Assembly (NCBI GenBank): GCA_902616615.1
Contig: CACMTN010000006.1
Coordinates: forward strand, 23,438-87,437
Reading direction: 5' to 3'
DNA length: 64,000 bases
From: an uncultured SAR116 cluster alpha proteobacterium
GTDB lineage: Bacteria; Pseudomonadota; Alphaproteobacteria; Puniceispirillales; Marisalimonadaceae
Of this stretch, positions 52,119-61,946 are shown piece by piece. A program made the translations under genes and the position numbers. The notes under the pieces were generated by a model. That model was given only the letters and a program-made list of their open reading frames with translations. It made no database searches and had not been told where the DNA came from. Numbering within the stretch: the stretch's first letter is position 1; each line of letters begins with the position of its first letter.

Positions 52119-52787
52119 ATGATTACTCTGTATCACTACTACTTATGTTCATCGTCAAGATATATTAGACTCATCTTAGAAGAACATAAAATTACATACA
52201 ATACTCAGCTAGAAAATTATTGGAAACCACAAAAGGATTTTTTAAAAGTTAATCCAGCTGGTCATTTGCCAGTTTTAGTAAATGAAGAAAATTTTGCAGT
52301 TATTGGAGCTAATGCTTGTATTGAATATATTAAAGATATTGAAGTAAGACCTAAATTATTTGTGGATGATTATAGAGAAAAAGCTGAGATAAATAGATTA
52401 GTTCACTGGTTTGATGTAATCTTTAAAAAAGAAGTTTTTGATCCAATTATTTATGAAAAAGTCTTTTCAAGAATAGTGGATAATATAACGCCTAATAGTG
52501 CTAATATAAGAGCAGCACTTAATAATTTGGATTTTCATATTCAATATTTTAATTATTTACTAAATAGTAAAAATTATTTTATCAAAGACGATTTAACTTA
52601 CTTAGATTTTCTAGCTGCAGCTAATCTTTCAGTTTTAGACTATCTAGGCTTATTGAATTTAAAAGGTCATGAGAATATAAAAGAATGGTATTCCAAAATT
52701 AAGTCAAGACCTTCATTTAAAACGTTATTAAAAGATCAAATAGTTGGGCTTAATCCTCATCAAAGCTATAAAAAAATAGATATTTAA
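52119..52787 (+). CDS. fzlA: FtsZ-binding GST-like protein FzlA
   Basis: GST fold (SR.IRL.L.E, NPAG.LPVL) plus FzlA-type C-terminus KSRPSF..LL.D...G..P...Y...D. Confidence 0.8.
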   Translation: MITLYHYYLCSSSRYIRLILEEHKITYNTQLENYWKPQKDFLKVNPAGHLPVLVNEENFAVIGANACIEYIKDIEVRPKLFVDDYREKAEINRLVHWFDVIFKKEVFDPIIYEKVFSRIVDNITPNSANIRAALNNLDFHIQYFNYLLNSKNYFIKDDLTYLDFLAAANLSVLDYLGLLNLKGHENIKEWYSKIKSRPSFKTLLKDQIVGLNPHQSYKKIDI

Positions 52788-53534
52788 TTATATTTTCCTT
52801 ACTATTTCTTCAATTATGTTCGTAATGTTTGCTAATTGGTGTGCTTTTGACAACCTATGTCCAGCATCTTTTTCTAATAATAATTTAATATCATTAGTTC
52901 CTTTAATTTTGTTCATGATTTTTATGCTCAAATCATATGGTACCGCATTATCAGCCATACCATGGTATAAGTAAACAGGACCATTAAAATATATATTTTC
53001 TGATAAAGTAAGATTTCTAAAACTATCTTTAATTAACATATATGAAAAATCATTTTTGGTTCCATCTTCATAATTTATAGTCATCATTTTATTTTTAATT
53101 AATTTTCTTTTCTCATCAATTGTCATTTTATCCCATATTAAAATTTTAGGAAAATCTGGAGCAGATGCCAGACCAATTATTGCTGCAATCTTCTTTGGAT
53201 TCCGTTTTGCTAACATAAGCATTATCCAAGCACCCATAGATGATCCAACTAAAATTTGTTTATCTTTTGTCTTTTTATTAATTATATACTCAGCATCTTT
53301 ATACCAATCAGAAAAGCATGTTGTTTTAATTGTTCCTGAAGATTGACCATGACCCGAATAATCAAACCTTAAAAAGCTATATTCATTATTTTCTGCCCAT
53401 TTTTCAATATGTAATGCTTTTTTACCTTCCATATCCGAGTTAAAACCACCTAGGAATACTATTCCTTCTTTTTTACCTGTTAATTGGTTATATGCTAGTG
53501 TATTACTATCTGGGTTATTAATGAATTTAGTCAT
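52788..53534 (-). CDS. Alpha/beta hydrolase (ABHD10-like)
   Basis: FLGGF.SDM.G.KA, RFDYSGHG.S, VGSSMGAW nucleophile elbow, HG..D..VP, GHRLS. Confidence 0.9.
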   Translation of the reverse strand: MTKFINNPDSNTLAYNQLTGKKEGIVFLGGFNSDMEGKKALHIEKWAENNEYSFLRFDYSGHGQSSGTIKTTCFSDWYKDAEYIINKKTKDKQILVGSSMGAWIMLMLAKRNPKKIAAIIGLASAPDFPKILIWDKMTIDEKRKLIKNKMMTINYEDGTKNDFSYMLIKDSFRNLTLSENIYFNGPVYLYHGMADNAVPYDLSIKIMNKIKGTNDIKLLLEKDAGHRLSKAHQLANITNIIEEIVRKI

Positions 53535-53565
53535 TTAAAAATCCGTTCGTTTAAGGTCAATAAAG

Positions 53566-54717
53566 ATGAATAAAAAAAAATATACTATAGCTCAAATTTT
53601 ACCAGCATTAAATACTGGCGGCGTTGAGAGAGGTGTTGTTGAAATTTCTAAATCATTGATTGAAAATGATTTTAAATCAATTGTTATATCATCTGGTGGA
53701 TATTTGGTTTCTCAAATAACTAGAAATGGGGGAATTCATTATGATCTTGACGTACATACAAAAAATCCACTCAAATGGCCTAAAATTAGAAATCAATTAA
53801 AGAATATTTTAGAAAGTGAAAATGTAGATTTAATTCATTTTTGTTCTCGAGCCCCTGCTTGGATTGGTGTTCCACTTGGAGCTATCTTAGATATACCGAT
53901 TATAACTTCAGTCCACATGAGATTTAGGAAATCAAATTTTTTGAAAAAATATTATAATAGTATCTTAACTAAAGGAAATTCGATTATTGCTATTTCTAAG
54001 TATATTGAAGAAAGCATTAAAAACTCTTTTCCAAAAGAAAGTAACAAAATCAAAATTATTCATAGGGGTGTTGATTTAGACCTGTTTAATCCAAATAAAA
54101 TAAATCCGGCAAGAATAATTGCTCAATCAAAGCATTTAAATTTAAAAGATAATATTCCTGTTATCATTATGGCAGCAAGACCCGCAATGTGGAAAGGTTA
54201 TCAAGTTCTTATAAAAGCTTTATCAAAAGTTGAATATGATTTTCAATGTGTTTTAATTGGAGCTGGTGATGGTAATCAAAATTTTCAAAACTCTTTAATC
54301 AGAAAAATACTAAATTTAAAGCTAGAAACTAAAATAAAGCTTATAAAATCTACAAGAGATATACAAGCTGCTATGATTTTAGGTGACATAATAGTAATGC
54401 CATCATTGACACCTGAACCCTTTGGAAGGGTCGTTCTAGAAGCCCAGGCTTTGGGCAAAATACCAATTGCTTTCGATCATGGTGGAGCTTCTGAAACAAT
54501 AATTGATGGAAAAACTGGTTTCTTAGCAGAGCCTATAAATGTAGATAGTCTGTCTGAAAAAATTTCATATGCATTATCCTTAAAATTATTAAAAAGAGAG
54601 AAGATTGGAGAATTCGCAAAAAAAAGCGTGTCTAAAAATTACAGTCATGATAAAATGTGTAATCTTACTTTATCGTTGTATAAACAAAGTATTGCAGAAT
54701 ATAAAGTAAACAGTTAG
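53566..54717 (+). CDS. GT4-family glycosyltransferase
   Basis: LPALNTGGVERG, SRAPAW, PEPFGRVVLEAQA. Confidence 0.92.
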   Translation: MNKKKYTIAQILPALNTGGVERGVVEISKSLIENDFKSIVISSGGYLVSQITRNGGIHYDLDVHTKNPLKWPKIRNQLKNILESENVDLIHFCSRAPAWIGVPLGAILDIPIITSVHMRFRKSNFLKKYYNSILTKGNSIIAISKYIEESIKNSFPKESNKIKIIHRGVDLDLFNPNKINPARIIAQSKHLNLKDNIPVIIMAARPAMWKGYQVLIKALSKVEYDFQCVLIGAGDGNQNFQNSLIRKILNLKLETKIKLIKSTRDIQAAMILGDIIVMPSLTPEPFGRVVLEAQALGKIPIAFDHGGASETIIDGKTGFLAEPINVDSLSEKISYALSLKLLKREKIGEFAKKSVSKNYSHDKMCNLTLSLYKQSIAEYKVNS

Positions 54718-54741
54718 TGATATAATAAAAAATTAGATATA

Positions 54742-56664
54742 ATGGTTACAATCACACTTCCTAGTAAAGATATAAAAAATTACGACAAACCAGTCACATC
54801 TGCTCAAATTGCATATGATATATCAGCAAAACTTGCGTCCGAAGCTTTGGTATCAATAGTTAATGGCGAGATATGGGATTTAGATAGGCAAATTGAAATA
54901 GATAGTACAATTTCAATCTTAACAAAAAAAAATAAAGAAACTTTAGATGTCATAAGACACGATGCAGCTCATATAATGGCAGAAGCAGTTTTAGAATTGT
55001 TTCCAGAAACTCAAGTGACTATAGGCCCATCAATAGAAAATGGTTTTTATTATGATTTTTATAGAGAGAAAAAATTCAATTTATCAGATCTCCAAGTTAT
55101 AGAAAAAAGAATGCACGAAATTGTTGATAGAGATGAATTAATTTCAAGAGAAGTTTGGTCAAGAGAAAAAGCAATAAGTTTTTTTAAAAAAAATAATGAA
55201 AAATTTAAACTTGAATTGCTAAATGCTATTCCTGAAGACGAAGCGGTTACGTTCTACAGGCAAGGAAACTTTTTAGATTTATGCAGAGGACCGCATTCGT
55301 CATCAACTAAGAAACTTGGCCACTCTTTCAAATTAACTAAATTAGCAGGGTCATATTGGAGAGGTGATAGCAAAAATGAAGTATTACAAAGAATTTATGG
55401 AACTGCTTTTTTTAACGACAAAGATTTAAGAGATTACCTTTTTATGATAGAAGAGGCTGAAAAAAGAGATCATAGAAAATTAGGAAAAGAATTAAATTTA
55501 TTTCATCTTCAAGAAGAAGCTGTAGGTTCTGTTTTTTGGCATAAAAAAGGATGGTCAATTTATCTTGAAATTGAAGCCTATATGCGAAGGAAATTGAATG
55601 AAACATATGAGGAAGTAAAAACACCTCAAATCATTGATAGATCTTTATGGGAAAAATCTGGGCATTGGGATAAATTTCAAGAACATATGTTCATGGCTAA
55701 AGGAGATGATGAAAAAATACTTGCTTTAAAACCTATGAATTGTCCTGGTCATGTGCAAATTTATAAACAAGGTTTAAAATCGTATAAAGATCTTCCAATT
55801 AGAATGGCAGAATTTGGTTCCTGTCATAGAAACGAACCTTCAGGTGCTTTGCATGGTATTATGAGAGTAAGGCAATTTACGCAAGATGATGCCCACATTT
55901 TTTGTATGAATTCTCAAATCACATCTGAATGCGTTAAATTTTGTGAGTTACTCCAACAAATTTACAAAGATTTTGGTTTTGCAGAATTGAAAGTGAAGTT
56001 TTCTGATCGACCTTTAATCCGCGCAGGAGAAGATGCTACATGGGATAAAGCTGAAAAGGCTCTTACAGTAGCAATAGAAGCAGCAGGAATTAACTACACC
56101 TTGAATCCCGGTGAAGGAGCGTTTTATGGCCCAAAACTTGAATTTGTGCTTACAGATGCAATTGGAAGGGATTGGCAATGTGGAACTCTTCAGGTAGATT
56201 TTGTTTTACCAGAAAGATTATCGGCTTATTATGTTGATGTTGACGGGGAAAAAAAGCATCCTGTAATGTTACATAGAGCAATTTTAGGCTCTTTAGAGAG
56301 ATGGATTGGTATCTTGATTGAACAATATTCAGGAAGAATGCCATTATGGCTCTCTCCAACTCAGGTAGTTGTTTGTTCAATAGTAGATACAACCAACGAA
56401 TATGTAGCCGAAATTAAAAGAGAATTAGATAAGATGGGCATTCGAAGTGAAGTAGACTTAAGAAATGAAAAAATTGGCTATAAAATAAGAGAACATTCTA
56501 GTCAAGCCATTCCTATAATTTTAGTTATTGGAAAACAAGAAAAAGAAAACAAAACAGTGGCAGTAAGATATTTAGGTACAAAAAAACAAGAGTTTTTAAG
56601 CTTAAAGGAATTTATACAAAATATAGTCAATAAATGCATGCCTCCTGACTTAAGACAACATTAA
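54742..56664 (+). CDS. thrS: Threonine--tRNA ligase
   Basis: [54 protein letters not shown]. Confidence 0.99.
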   Translation: MVTITLPSKDIKNYDKPVTSAQIAYDISAKLASEALVSIVNGEIWDLDRQIEIDSTISILTKKNKETLDVIRHDAAHIMAEAVLELFPETQVTIGPSIENGFYYDFYREKKFNLSDLQVIEKRMHEIVDRDELISREVWSREKAISFFKKNNEKFKLELLNAIPEDEAVTFYRQGNFLDLCRGPHSSSTKKLGHSFKLTKLAGSYWRGDSKNEVLQRIYGTAFFNDKDLRDYLFMIEEAEKRDHRKLGKELNLFHLQEEAVGSVFWHKKGWSIYLEIEAYMRRKLNETYEEVKTPQIIDRSLWEKSGHWDKFQEHMFMAKGDDEKILALKPMNCPGHVQIYKQGLKSYKDLPIRMAEFGSCHRNEPSGALHGIMRVRQFTQDDAHIFCMNSQITSECVKFCELLQQIYKDFGFAELKVKFSDRPLIRAGEDATWDKAEKALTVAIEAAGINYTLNPGEGAFYGPKLEFVLTDAIGRDWQCGTLQVDFVLPERLSAYYVDVDGEKKHPVMLHRAILGSLERWIGILIEQYSGRMPLWLSPTQVVVCSIVDTTNEYVAEIKRELDKMGIRSEVDLRNEKIGYKIREHSSQAIPIILVIGKQEKENKTVAVRYLGTKKQEFLSLKEFIQNIVNKCMPPDLRQH

Positions 56665-56773
56665 ATTTGTTGTAAATCGTTGCTTTGTTAACTATTTTTT
56701 TGAAATTTATTAACAAATTTATGAAAAATGTTGTAATAGTATATTCAAATTAAACAATAAAGGAGATTTTCAT

Positions 56774-57307
56774 ATAGTTGGATTAAATAACACCCCACCC
56801 ACCCAAGATGGGCCTAGAATTAATGATTTAATTATAGCTGATAGTGTTCGTTGTATAGGAGCAGATGGGGAGCAACTAGGCGTTATACCCATTAGTGAAG
56901 CACTTAAAATTGCAGAAAATGAGAGCCTTGATTTAGTAGAGATCCAACCAAATGTGGACCCACCTGTTTGTAAAATTCTTGATTACGGTAAGTTTAAATA
57001 TGAAGCACAAAAAAGAAAGAATGAGGCTAGAAAAAAACAAAAAATTATTGATGTAAAAGAAATCAAATTAAGACCTAATATAGATAATAACGACTTTATA
57101 ATTAAAATGAAGCAAGTTAAAAAATTTATTGATAATGGAGATAAAGTTAAAATAACTTTAAGATTTAGAGGTAGGGAAATGGCACACCAAACTTTAGGTG
57201 CAACTGTTTTAGAAAGAGTTAAAGATAATACTGAAGAATTATGTAAGGTTGAAACATTACCTAAGCTAGAAGGTAGACAAATGGTGATGATATTGGCACC
57301 TAAATAG
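56774..57307 (+). CDS. infC: Translation initiation factor IF-3 (ATA start codon)
   Basis: Frame is open upstream of the track start: ATA at 56774, 8 nt after AGGAG, reads (M)[33 protein letters not shown]...[22 protein letters not shown]; 177 aa. Confidence 0.95.
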   Translation: MVGLNNTPPTQDGPRINDLIIADSVRCIGADGEQLGVIPISEALKIAENESLDLVEIQPNVDPPVCKILDYGKFKYEAQKRKNEARKKQKIIDVKEIKLRPNIDNNDFIIKMKQVKKFIDNGDKVKITLRFRGREMAHQTLGATVLERVKDNTEELCKVETLPKLEGRQMVMILAPK

Positions 57308-57345
57308 TAAAAATCATAATATTGATAATAAAGTCAAACTTTATG

Positions 57346-57374
57346 TTGCTAACTTTATTGAGCTTATGTATAAG
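57346..57374 (+). promoter_or_regulatory. Putative internal sigma70 promoter for rpmI-rplT
   Basis: TTGCTA (57346-57351), 17 bp spacer, TATAAG (57369-57374). Confidence 0.4.
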
Positions 57375-57405
57375 CTTTGTTAAATTAAATAATTAAGAGA
57401 TTACT

Positions 57406-57603
57406 ATGCCTAAACTTAAAACCAAAAGTGGTGCAAAAAAAAGGTTTAGCCTTACTTCTAAAGGTAAGGTCAAAGGTAGCCCAGCTTTTCTAAGTCATAA
57501 CCTTCGTAAAAGATCTCAAAAAATGAAAAGACAAGCTAGAGGCACAATGATACTTAATGAATCCGATGCTAAAATTGTTAAACAATTCATACCTTATGCC
57601 TAA
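57406..57603 (+). CDS. rpmI: 50S ribosomal protein L35
   Basis: [14 protein letters not shown]. Confidence 0.98.
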   Translation: MPKLKTKSGAKKRFSLTSKGKVKGSPAFLSHNLRKRSQKMKRQARGTMILNESDAKIVKQFIPYA

Positions 57604-57615
57604 AGGAGTTGATTA

Positions 57616-57972
57616 ATGGCTAGAGTAAAAAGAGGTGTTACAACTCATGCTAGACACCAAAAAGTTATTAAAGCTGCAAAAGGTTACTATGGAGCTAGAA
57701 AAAACTTATATACAGTTGCAACCCAAGCAGTTGAAAAAGCTAGTCAATATTCGTATAGAGACCGCAGAAATAAGAAACGTAATTTTAGAGGCCTCTGGAT
57801 TCAAAGAATTAACGCAGGTTCTCGTTTGCATGGCTTAAATTACTCTAAGTTTATGAATGGGCTTAAGTTAGCTGGCATTGAAATAGATAGAAAAATTTTA
57901 TCAGACTTAGCTGTTTATGAACCACTTGCCTTTGAAGAATTAGTTTCAAAAGCCAAGTCTGCTTCTGCTTGA
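57616..57972 (+). CDS. rplT: 50S ribosomal protein L20
   Basis: MARVKRG...AKGYYG...[13 protein letters not shown]. Confidence 0.99.
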   Translation: MARVKRGVTTHARHQKVIKAAKGYYGARKNLYTVATQAVEKASQYSYRDRRNKKRNFRGLWIQRINAGSRLHGLNYSKFMNGLKLAGIEIDRKILSDLAVYEPLAFEELVSKAKSASA

Positions 57973-58038
57973 TATTTAAAATTTTCAATAAATAATATAG
58001 ATTATTGCAAATTCATTAAATTAGGTTTTTAATAAAAT

Positions 58039-59154
58039 ATGGTTTCTGAACTAAAGGAAGATCTTCAAAACTTATTAAATAATATCACAATAAGTATACA
58101 TAATTCCAAATCATTATCTGAACTTGAAAATATTCGAGTTAATTCATTGGGTAAAAAAGGTTCTATCACTCTATATTTAAGGAATTTAAAAGATTACGAT
58201 ATAGAAACAAAAAAAGAAATTGGAGCTTATTTAAACGATATAAAGAGCCAAATTAATAAATTAATTTTAGATAAAAAAAATTTTTTCAAAAAAGAACATT
58301 TAAAAGAAAAACTTAATTCAGAAAAAATAGATATTTCTCTTACACCACATGAAGTTGATATAGGTACTTTACACCCTCTTTCAAGAACAATAGAAGAATT
58401 ATGTGCTATTTTTGCAGATATGGGTTTTTCTATTGTTGATGGTCCTGATATAGAAAGTGATTATTATAACTTTACTGCATTGAACATTCCTGAAGAACAT
58501 CCAGCACGTCAAGAGCATGATACGTTTTATCTTCAACCAGATATAAATGGACAAAGAAAAGTATTAAGGACTCATACAAGTCCAGTTCAAATTAGGACAA
58601 TGGAAAAAATCGATTTAAAAAATTTTGAAGAAATTAGGTATATTATACCTGGAAGGACATATAGATCTGATCATGATGCCACTCATTCTCCAATGTTTCA
58701 TCAATGTGAGGGCTTAGTGCTTGGTAAGAATATCAATATGGGCCATTTAAAAGGATGTTTAATAGAATTTTGTAGAACTTATTTTAACGAAGACAATTTA
58801 CCAGTTCGTTTTAGACCAAGCTATTTCCCCTTTACAGAACCATCAGCAGAGGTTGATATTGGTTGTAAAAAAGAAAAGGATGGAAGCCTTGTGATAGGTG
58901 AAGGCGAAGATTGGTTAGAAATTCTAGGATCGGGGATGGTTCATCCTAGAGTTTTAGAAGGTGTTGGGATAGATCCATCAAAGTATCAAGGCTTTGCATT
59001 TGGAATGGGTTTAGAAAGACTAACTATGTTAAAGTATGGAATTCCAGATTTAAGACCCTTTTATGATAGTGATCTAAGATGGCTAAAACATTATGGATTT
59101 ATACCTGTTGACAATCCAAGCTTACATTCTGGTTTGAATGGTGTTTTTTCATGA
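58039..59154 (+). CDS. pheS: Phenylalanine--tRNA ligase alpha subunit
   Basis: HPARQEHDTFY, LRTHTSPVQIR, FRPSYFPFTEPSAE, GFAFGMGLERL. Confidence 0.99.
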   Translation: MVSELKEDLQNLLNNITISIHNSKSLSELENIRVNSLGKKGSITLYLRNLKDYDIETKKEIGAYLNDIKSQINKLILDKKNFFKKEHLKEKLNSEKIDISLTPHEVDIGTLHPLSRTIEELCAIFADMGFSIVDGPDIESDYYNFTALNIPEEHPARQEHDTFYLQPDINGQRKVLRTHTSPVQIRTMEKIDLKNFEEIRYIIPGRTYRSDHDATHSPMFHQCEGLVLGKNINMGHLKGCLIEFCRTYFNEDNLPVRFRPSYFPFTEPSAEVDIGCKKEKDGSLVIGEGEDWLEILGSGMVHPRVLEGVGIDPSKYQGFAFGMGLERLTMLKYGIPDLRPFYDSDLRWLKHYGFIPVDNPSLHSGLNGVFS

Positions 59155-61553
59155 AATTTACATGGAAATGGTTACTAGATCATCTAGAAACTGATAAAAA
59201 TTTATCAGAGATTTTGGAAACACTCCCAAAACTTGGTTTAGAGGTTGCTTCAGTTGTTAATTTAGCAGAGGATTTAAAAAGTTTTATATCAGTCGAAATC
59301 ATAGATGTAAAAAAACACCCAAATGCAGATAAACTTAATGTTTGTAAGGTATTTGACGGAGAAAATACATTTAACGTTGTTTGTGGAGCTCCTAATGTTA
59401 AATTAGGTATGAAAAGTGTTTTTGCTAATATTGGAACATTTATTCCGGGTTTAAATTTAAAATTAAAGAAAGGAAAAATAAGAGGAGAAGAATCATTTGG
59501 TATGTTATGTTCAGAAAAAGAATTAACTTTATCTGAAGATCATAACGGTATTATCGAACTAGAAAGTTCATCTGAACTTGGTTTGTCAATTTCAGATGTT
59601 ATGGATTTAAATGACCCAATTATAGAAATTGAAATAACTCCAAATAGAGGCGATTGCTTAGGCGTAAGAGGTATCGCTAGAGATTTAGCAGCAGCTGGAA
59701 TGGGAAATTTAAAGGATTTAGACATTATATTTGATGATGGTGAATTTGATAGTATAATAAATTGGCAGGTTAATTTTGATGAAGATGAAAAATACCTTTG
59801 CCCTAAGGTTTTTGGGAGATCATTTACAAATCTAAAAAATGATGAATCTCCATTATGGCTTAAAAACAGATTAATAGCTGTTGATCAAAGACCAATAAGT
59901 TCTATCGTAGATATAACTAATTATATTATGATAGATATTGGAAGACCTCTACACGCATATGATATAGATAAGATTAAAGGTACAATTCTTAAAATTTCAA
60001 AATCAAAAAAAGGCGATAAGTTTTCTGCACTCAATGGAAGTACTTACGAGTTGGATGATAATATGCTTGTTATTTCTGATGCAGAAAGTGTAGATGATTT
60101 AGCTGGTATAATGGGTGGAGAAAGAACAGGAGTAACTGAAAACACAACAAGAATGTTTTTAGAGGCAGCAATTTTCGACCCAGTTTCAATAGCAAACACT
60201 GGTAGAAAATTAAACTTAAACTCTGATGCCAGATATAGATTTGAAAGAGGGTTAGATTATAATTCTCCAGAGACAGTCATGTATTATGCAGCTGCGATGG
60301 TCAAAAAGATTTGCGGTGGGAAATTTAGTAAAATTGTTAATTTTAAATTAGAACAAAAAGATAGAATAATTAAGTTTGATCCAAATATTATTTATCAACT
60401 ATCAGGCGTTAAAATTAAAAATGAATTATCTAAATCAATTTTAGAAAAATTGGGTTTTAAAATTGACTCTGTAGAAAATTTTTGGGATATAACACTTCCT
60501 AGTTGGAGACCAGATATAGATGGTATTGCAGATATTGTTGAAGAAATAATCAGAATAAATGGGTATGACAAAATACCTTCAATTAAATTATCAAGAAGTA
60601 ATTATATTGCAAAGCCAGCAATGAGTATTAAGCATCGTCAAGCTTTTTTTGCATCTAGAACACTAGCAAGTAGGGGTTATAATGAAGTAATTACTTTTTC
60701 ATTTTTAAATAAGGCAATGGCTGATCAATTCAATGGAGGCAGATCTGCTTTAAATTTGGTTAACCCGATCTCTTCAGAACTGACGGATATGAGACCCTCA
60801 ATCATTCCCAATCTATTATTAGCAGTGCAAAAGAATTTAAATATTGGAGCCCAAGATTTCTCTTTTTTTGAGATTGGCCCAATTTTTAAGGGTGATAGTC
60901 CTGATGAACAAATAAGCACAATTACTGGAATAAGGTATGGTGACAGATTTAAAAAAGATTGGCAAAAAGAAGCTGTAAAATTTGATTTCTACGATATTAA
61001 ACTTGATGTAATTAGGGTATTGAACACAATAGGTGCTCCTAAAAATAGTCTGAAAATTTTTGATGAGGCTCCAGGTTATTTCCATCCAGGCAGAAGTGCG
61101 GTTTTTAAAATTGGCCAAAATATTATAGCTAATTTTGGTGAAATTCATCCTGAAATTGGAGATTCTTTTGGATTAAATAAATCAGCTATTAGTTTTGAAA
61201 TATTTTATGAAAATATTCCATTGCCAAAAAGAAATAAAATTTCTAAACCAATGTTAAAAATTTCCAATTTGCAACCAGTTACAAGAGAATTTGCGTTTCT
61301 TATAAATGAAGAAATAGAGTCTGAAAAAGTTTGTGAGGTTGCTAAATCCGCTGATAAAGATTTAATAACAGATGTTATGATACTTGATGTATATAAAGGT
61401 GAAAAAATTCCACATAATATGAAATCTATTGCAATTAAAGTTACAATTCAACCTATTCAAGAAACATTAACTGATTCTGCGCTGGAAGAATTAAGTGCTA
61501 ACTTAATAAACACTATTGATAAAAAATTATCAGGATCTTTAAGAGAAATTTAA
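59151..61553 (+). CDS. pheT: Phenylalanine--tRNA ligase beta subunit
   Basis: HPNADKL, VVCGAPN, ITPNRGDCL, RFERG, PSWRPD, FDX-ACB C-terminus. Confidence 0.99.
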   Translation: MKFTWKWLLDHLETDKNLSEILETLPKLGLEVASVVNLAEDLKSFISVEIIDVKKHPNADKLNVCKVFDGENTFNVVCGAPNVKLGMKSVFANIGTFIPGLNLKLKKGKIRGEESFGMLCSEKELTLSEDHNGIIELESSSELGLSISDVMDLNDPIIEIEITPNRGDCLGVRGIARDLAAAGMGNLKDLDIIFDDGEFDSIINWQVNFDEDEKYLCPKVFGRSFTNLKNDESPLWLKNRLIAVDQRPISSIVDITNYIMIDIGRPLHAYDIDKIKGTILKISKSKKGDKFSALNGSTYELDDNMLVISDAESVDDLAGIMGGERTGVTENTTRMFLEAAIFDPVSIANTGRKLNLNSDARYRFERGLDYNSPETVMYYAAAMVKKICGGKFSKIVNFKLEQKDRIIKFDPNIIYQLSGVKIKNELSKSILEKLGFKIDSVENFWDITLPSWRPDIDGIADIVEEIIRINGYDKIPSIKLSRSNYIAKPAMSIKHRQAFFASRTLASRGYNEVITFSFLNKAMADQFNGGRSALNLVNPISSELTDMRPSIIPNLLLAVQKNLNIGAQDFSFFEIGPIFKGDSPDEQISTITGIRYGDRFKKDWQKEAVKFDFYDIKLDVIRVLNTIGAPKNSLKIFDEAPGYFHPGRSAVFKIGQNIIANFGEIHPEIGDSFGLNKSAISFEIFYENIPLPKRNKISKPMLKISNLQPVTREFAFLINEEIESEKVCEVAKSADKDLITDVMILDVYKGEKIPHNMKSIAIKVTIQPIQETLTDSALEELSANLINTIDKKLSGSLREI

Positions 61554-61573
61554 TTTAACAATCTAAATTAAAG

Positions 61574-61649
61574 TGGTGCCGCCAACTGGATTTGAACCAG
61601 TGACCTCGTCATTACCAATGACGCGCTCTACCGCTGGAGCTATGGCGGC
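61574..61649 (-). tRNA. tRNA-Thr (GGT), CCA encoded
   Basis: Reverse complement: GCCGCCA/TGGCGGC acceptor, CGTCA/TGACG stem with TT-GGT-AA loop, TTCAAAT, ACCA. Confidence 0.98.
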
Positions 61650-61763
61650 ACATTTGTAATCTATAAATTAAATATGTTTTCGCTAATGACAAGTTTTTTT
61701 ATGGATATATAGTAATATACAAACTTAAATTGAAATAAGTAAAACTTGTAAGATTTTAAAAAT

Positions 61764-61946
61764 ATGACTAAAAAAAATAGTGATAATCAGAATAATTTAT
61801 CAGCTTCTTTAAAAAGAAATTTAAAGCTTAGAAAAAAACAAGTTTCAGAACGAGATAACAATAAAATCATTGGAAAAAGAACTAACAAAATTGGTAAATC
61901 AAGACTCTTTGCTAATGATGATAAAAGTAATTTTAAATTTAAATGA
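61764..61946 (+). CDS. Small basic hypothetical protein upstream of murA
   Basis: LSASLKRNLKLRKKQ resembles the alphaproteobacterial L..ALR.NL.RRK.Q small protein; ATGA overlap with murA. Confidence 0.65.
   Translation: MTKKNSDNQNNLSASLKRNLKLRKKQVSERDNNKIIGKRTNKIGKSRLFANDDKSNFKFK

Noticed and set aside
56684-56717. TTTGTTAA-N18-TTAACAAA inverted repeat between thrS and infC
   Set aside because: Short, AT-rich and long-looped; not distinguishable from chance
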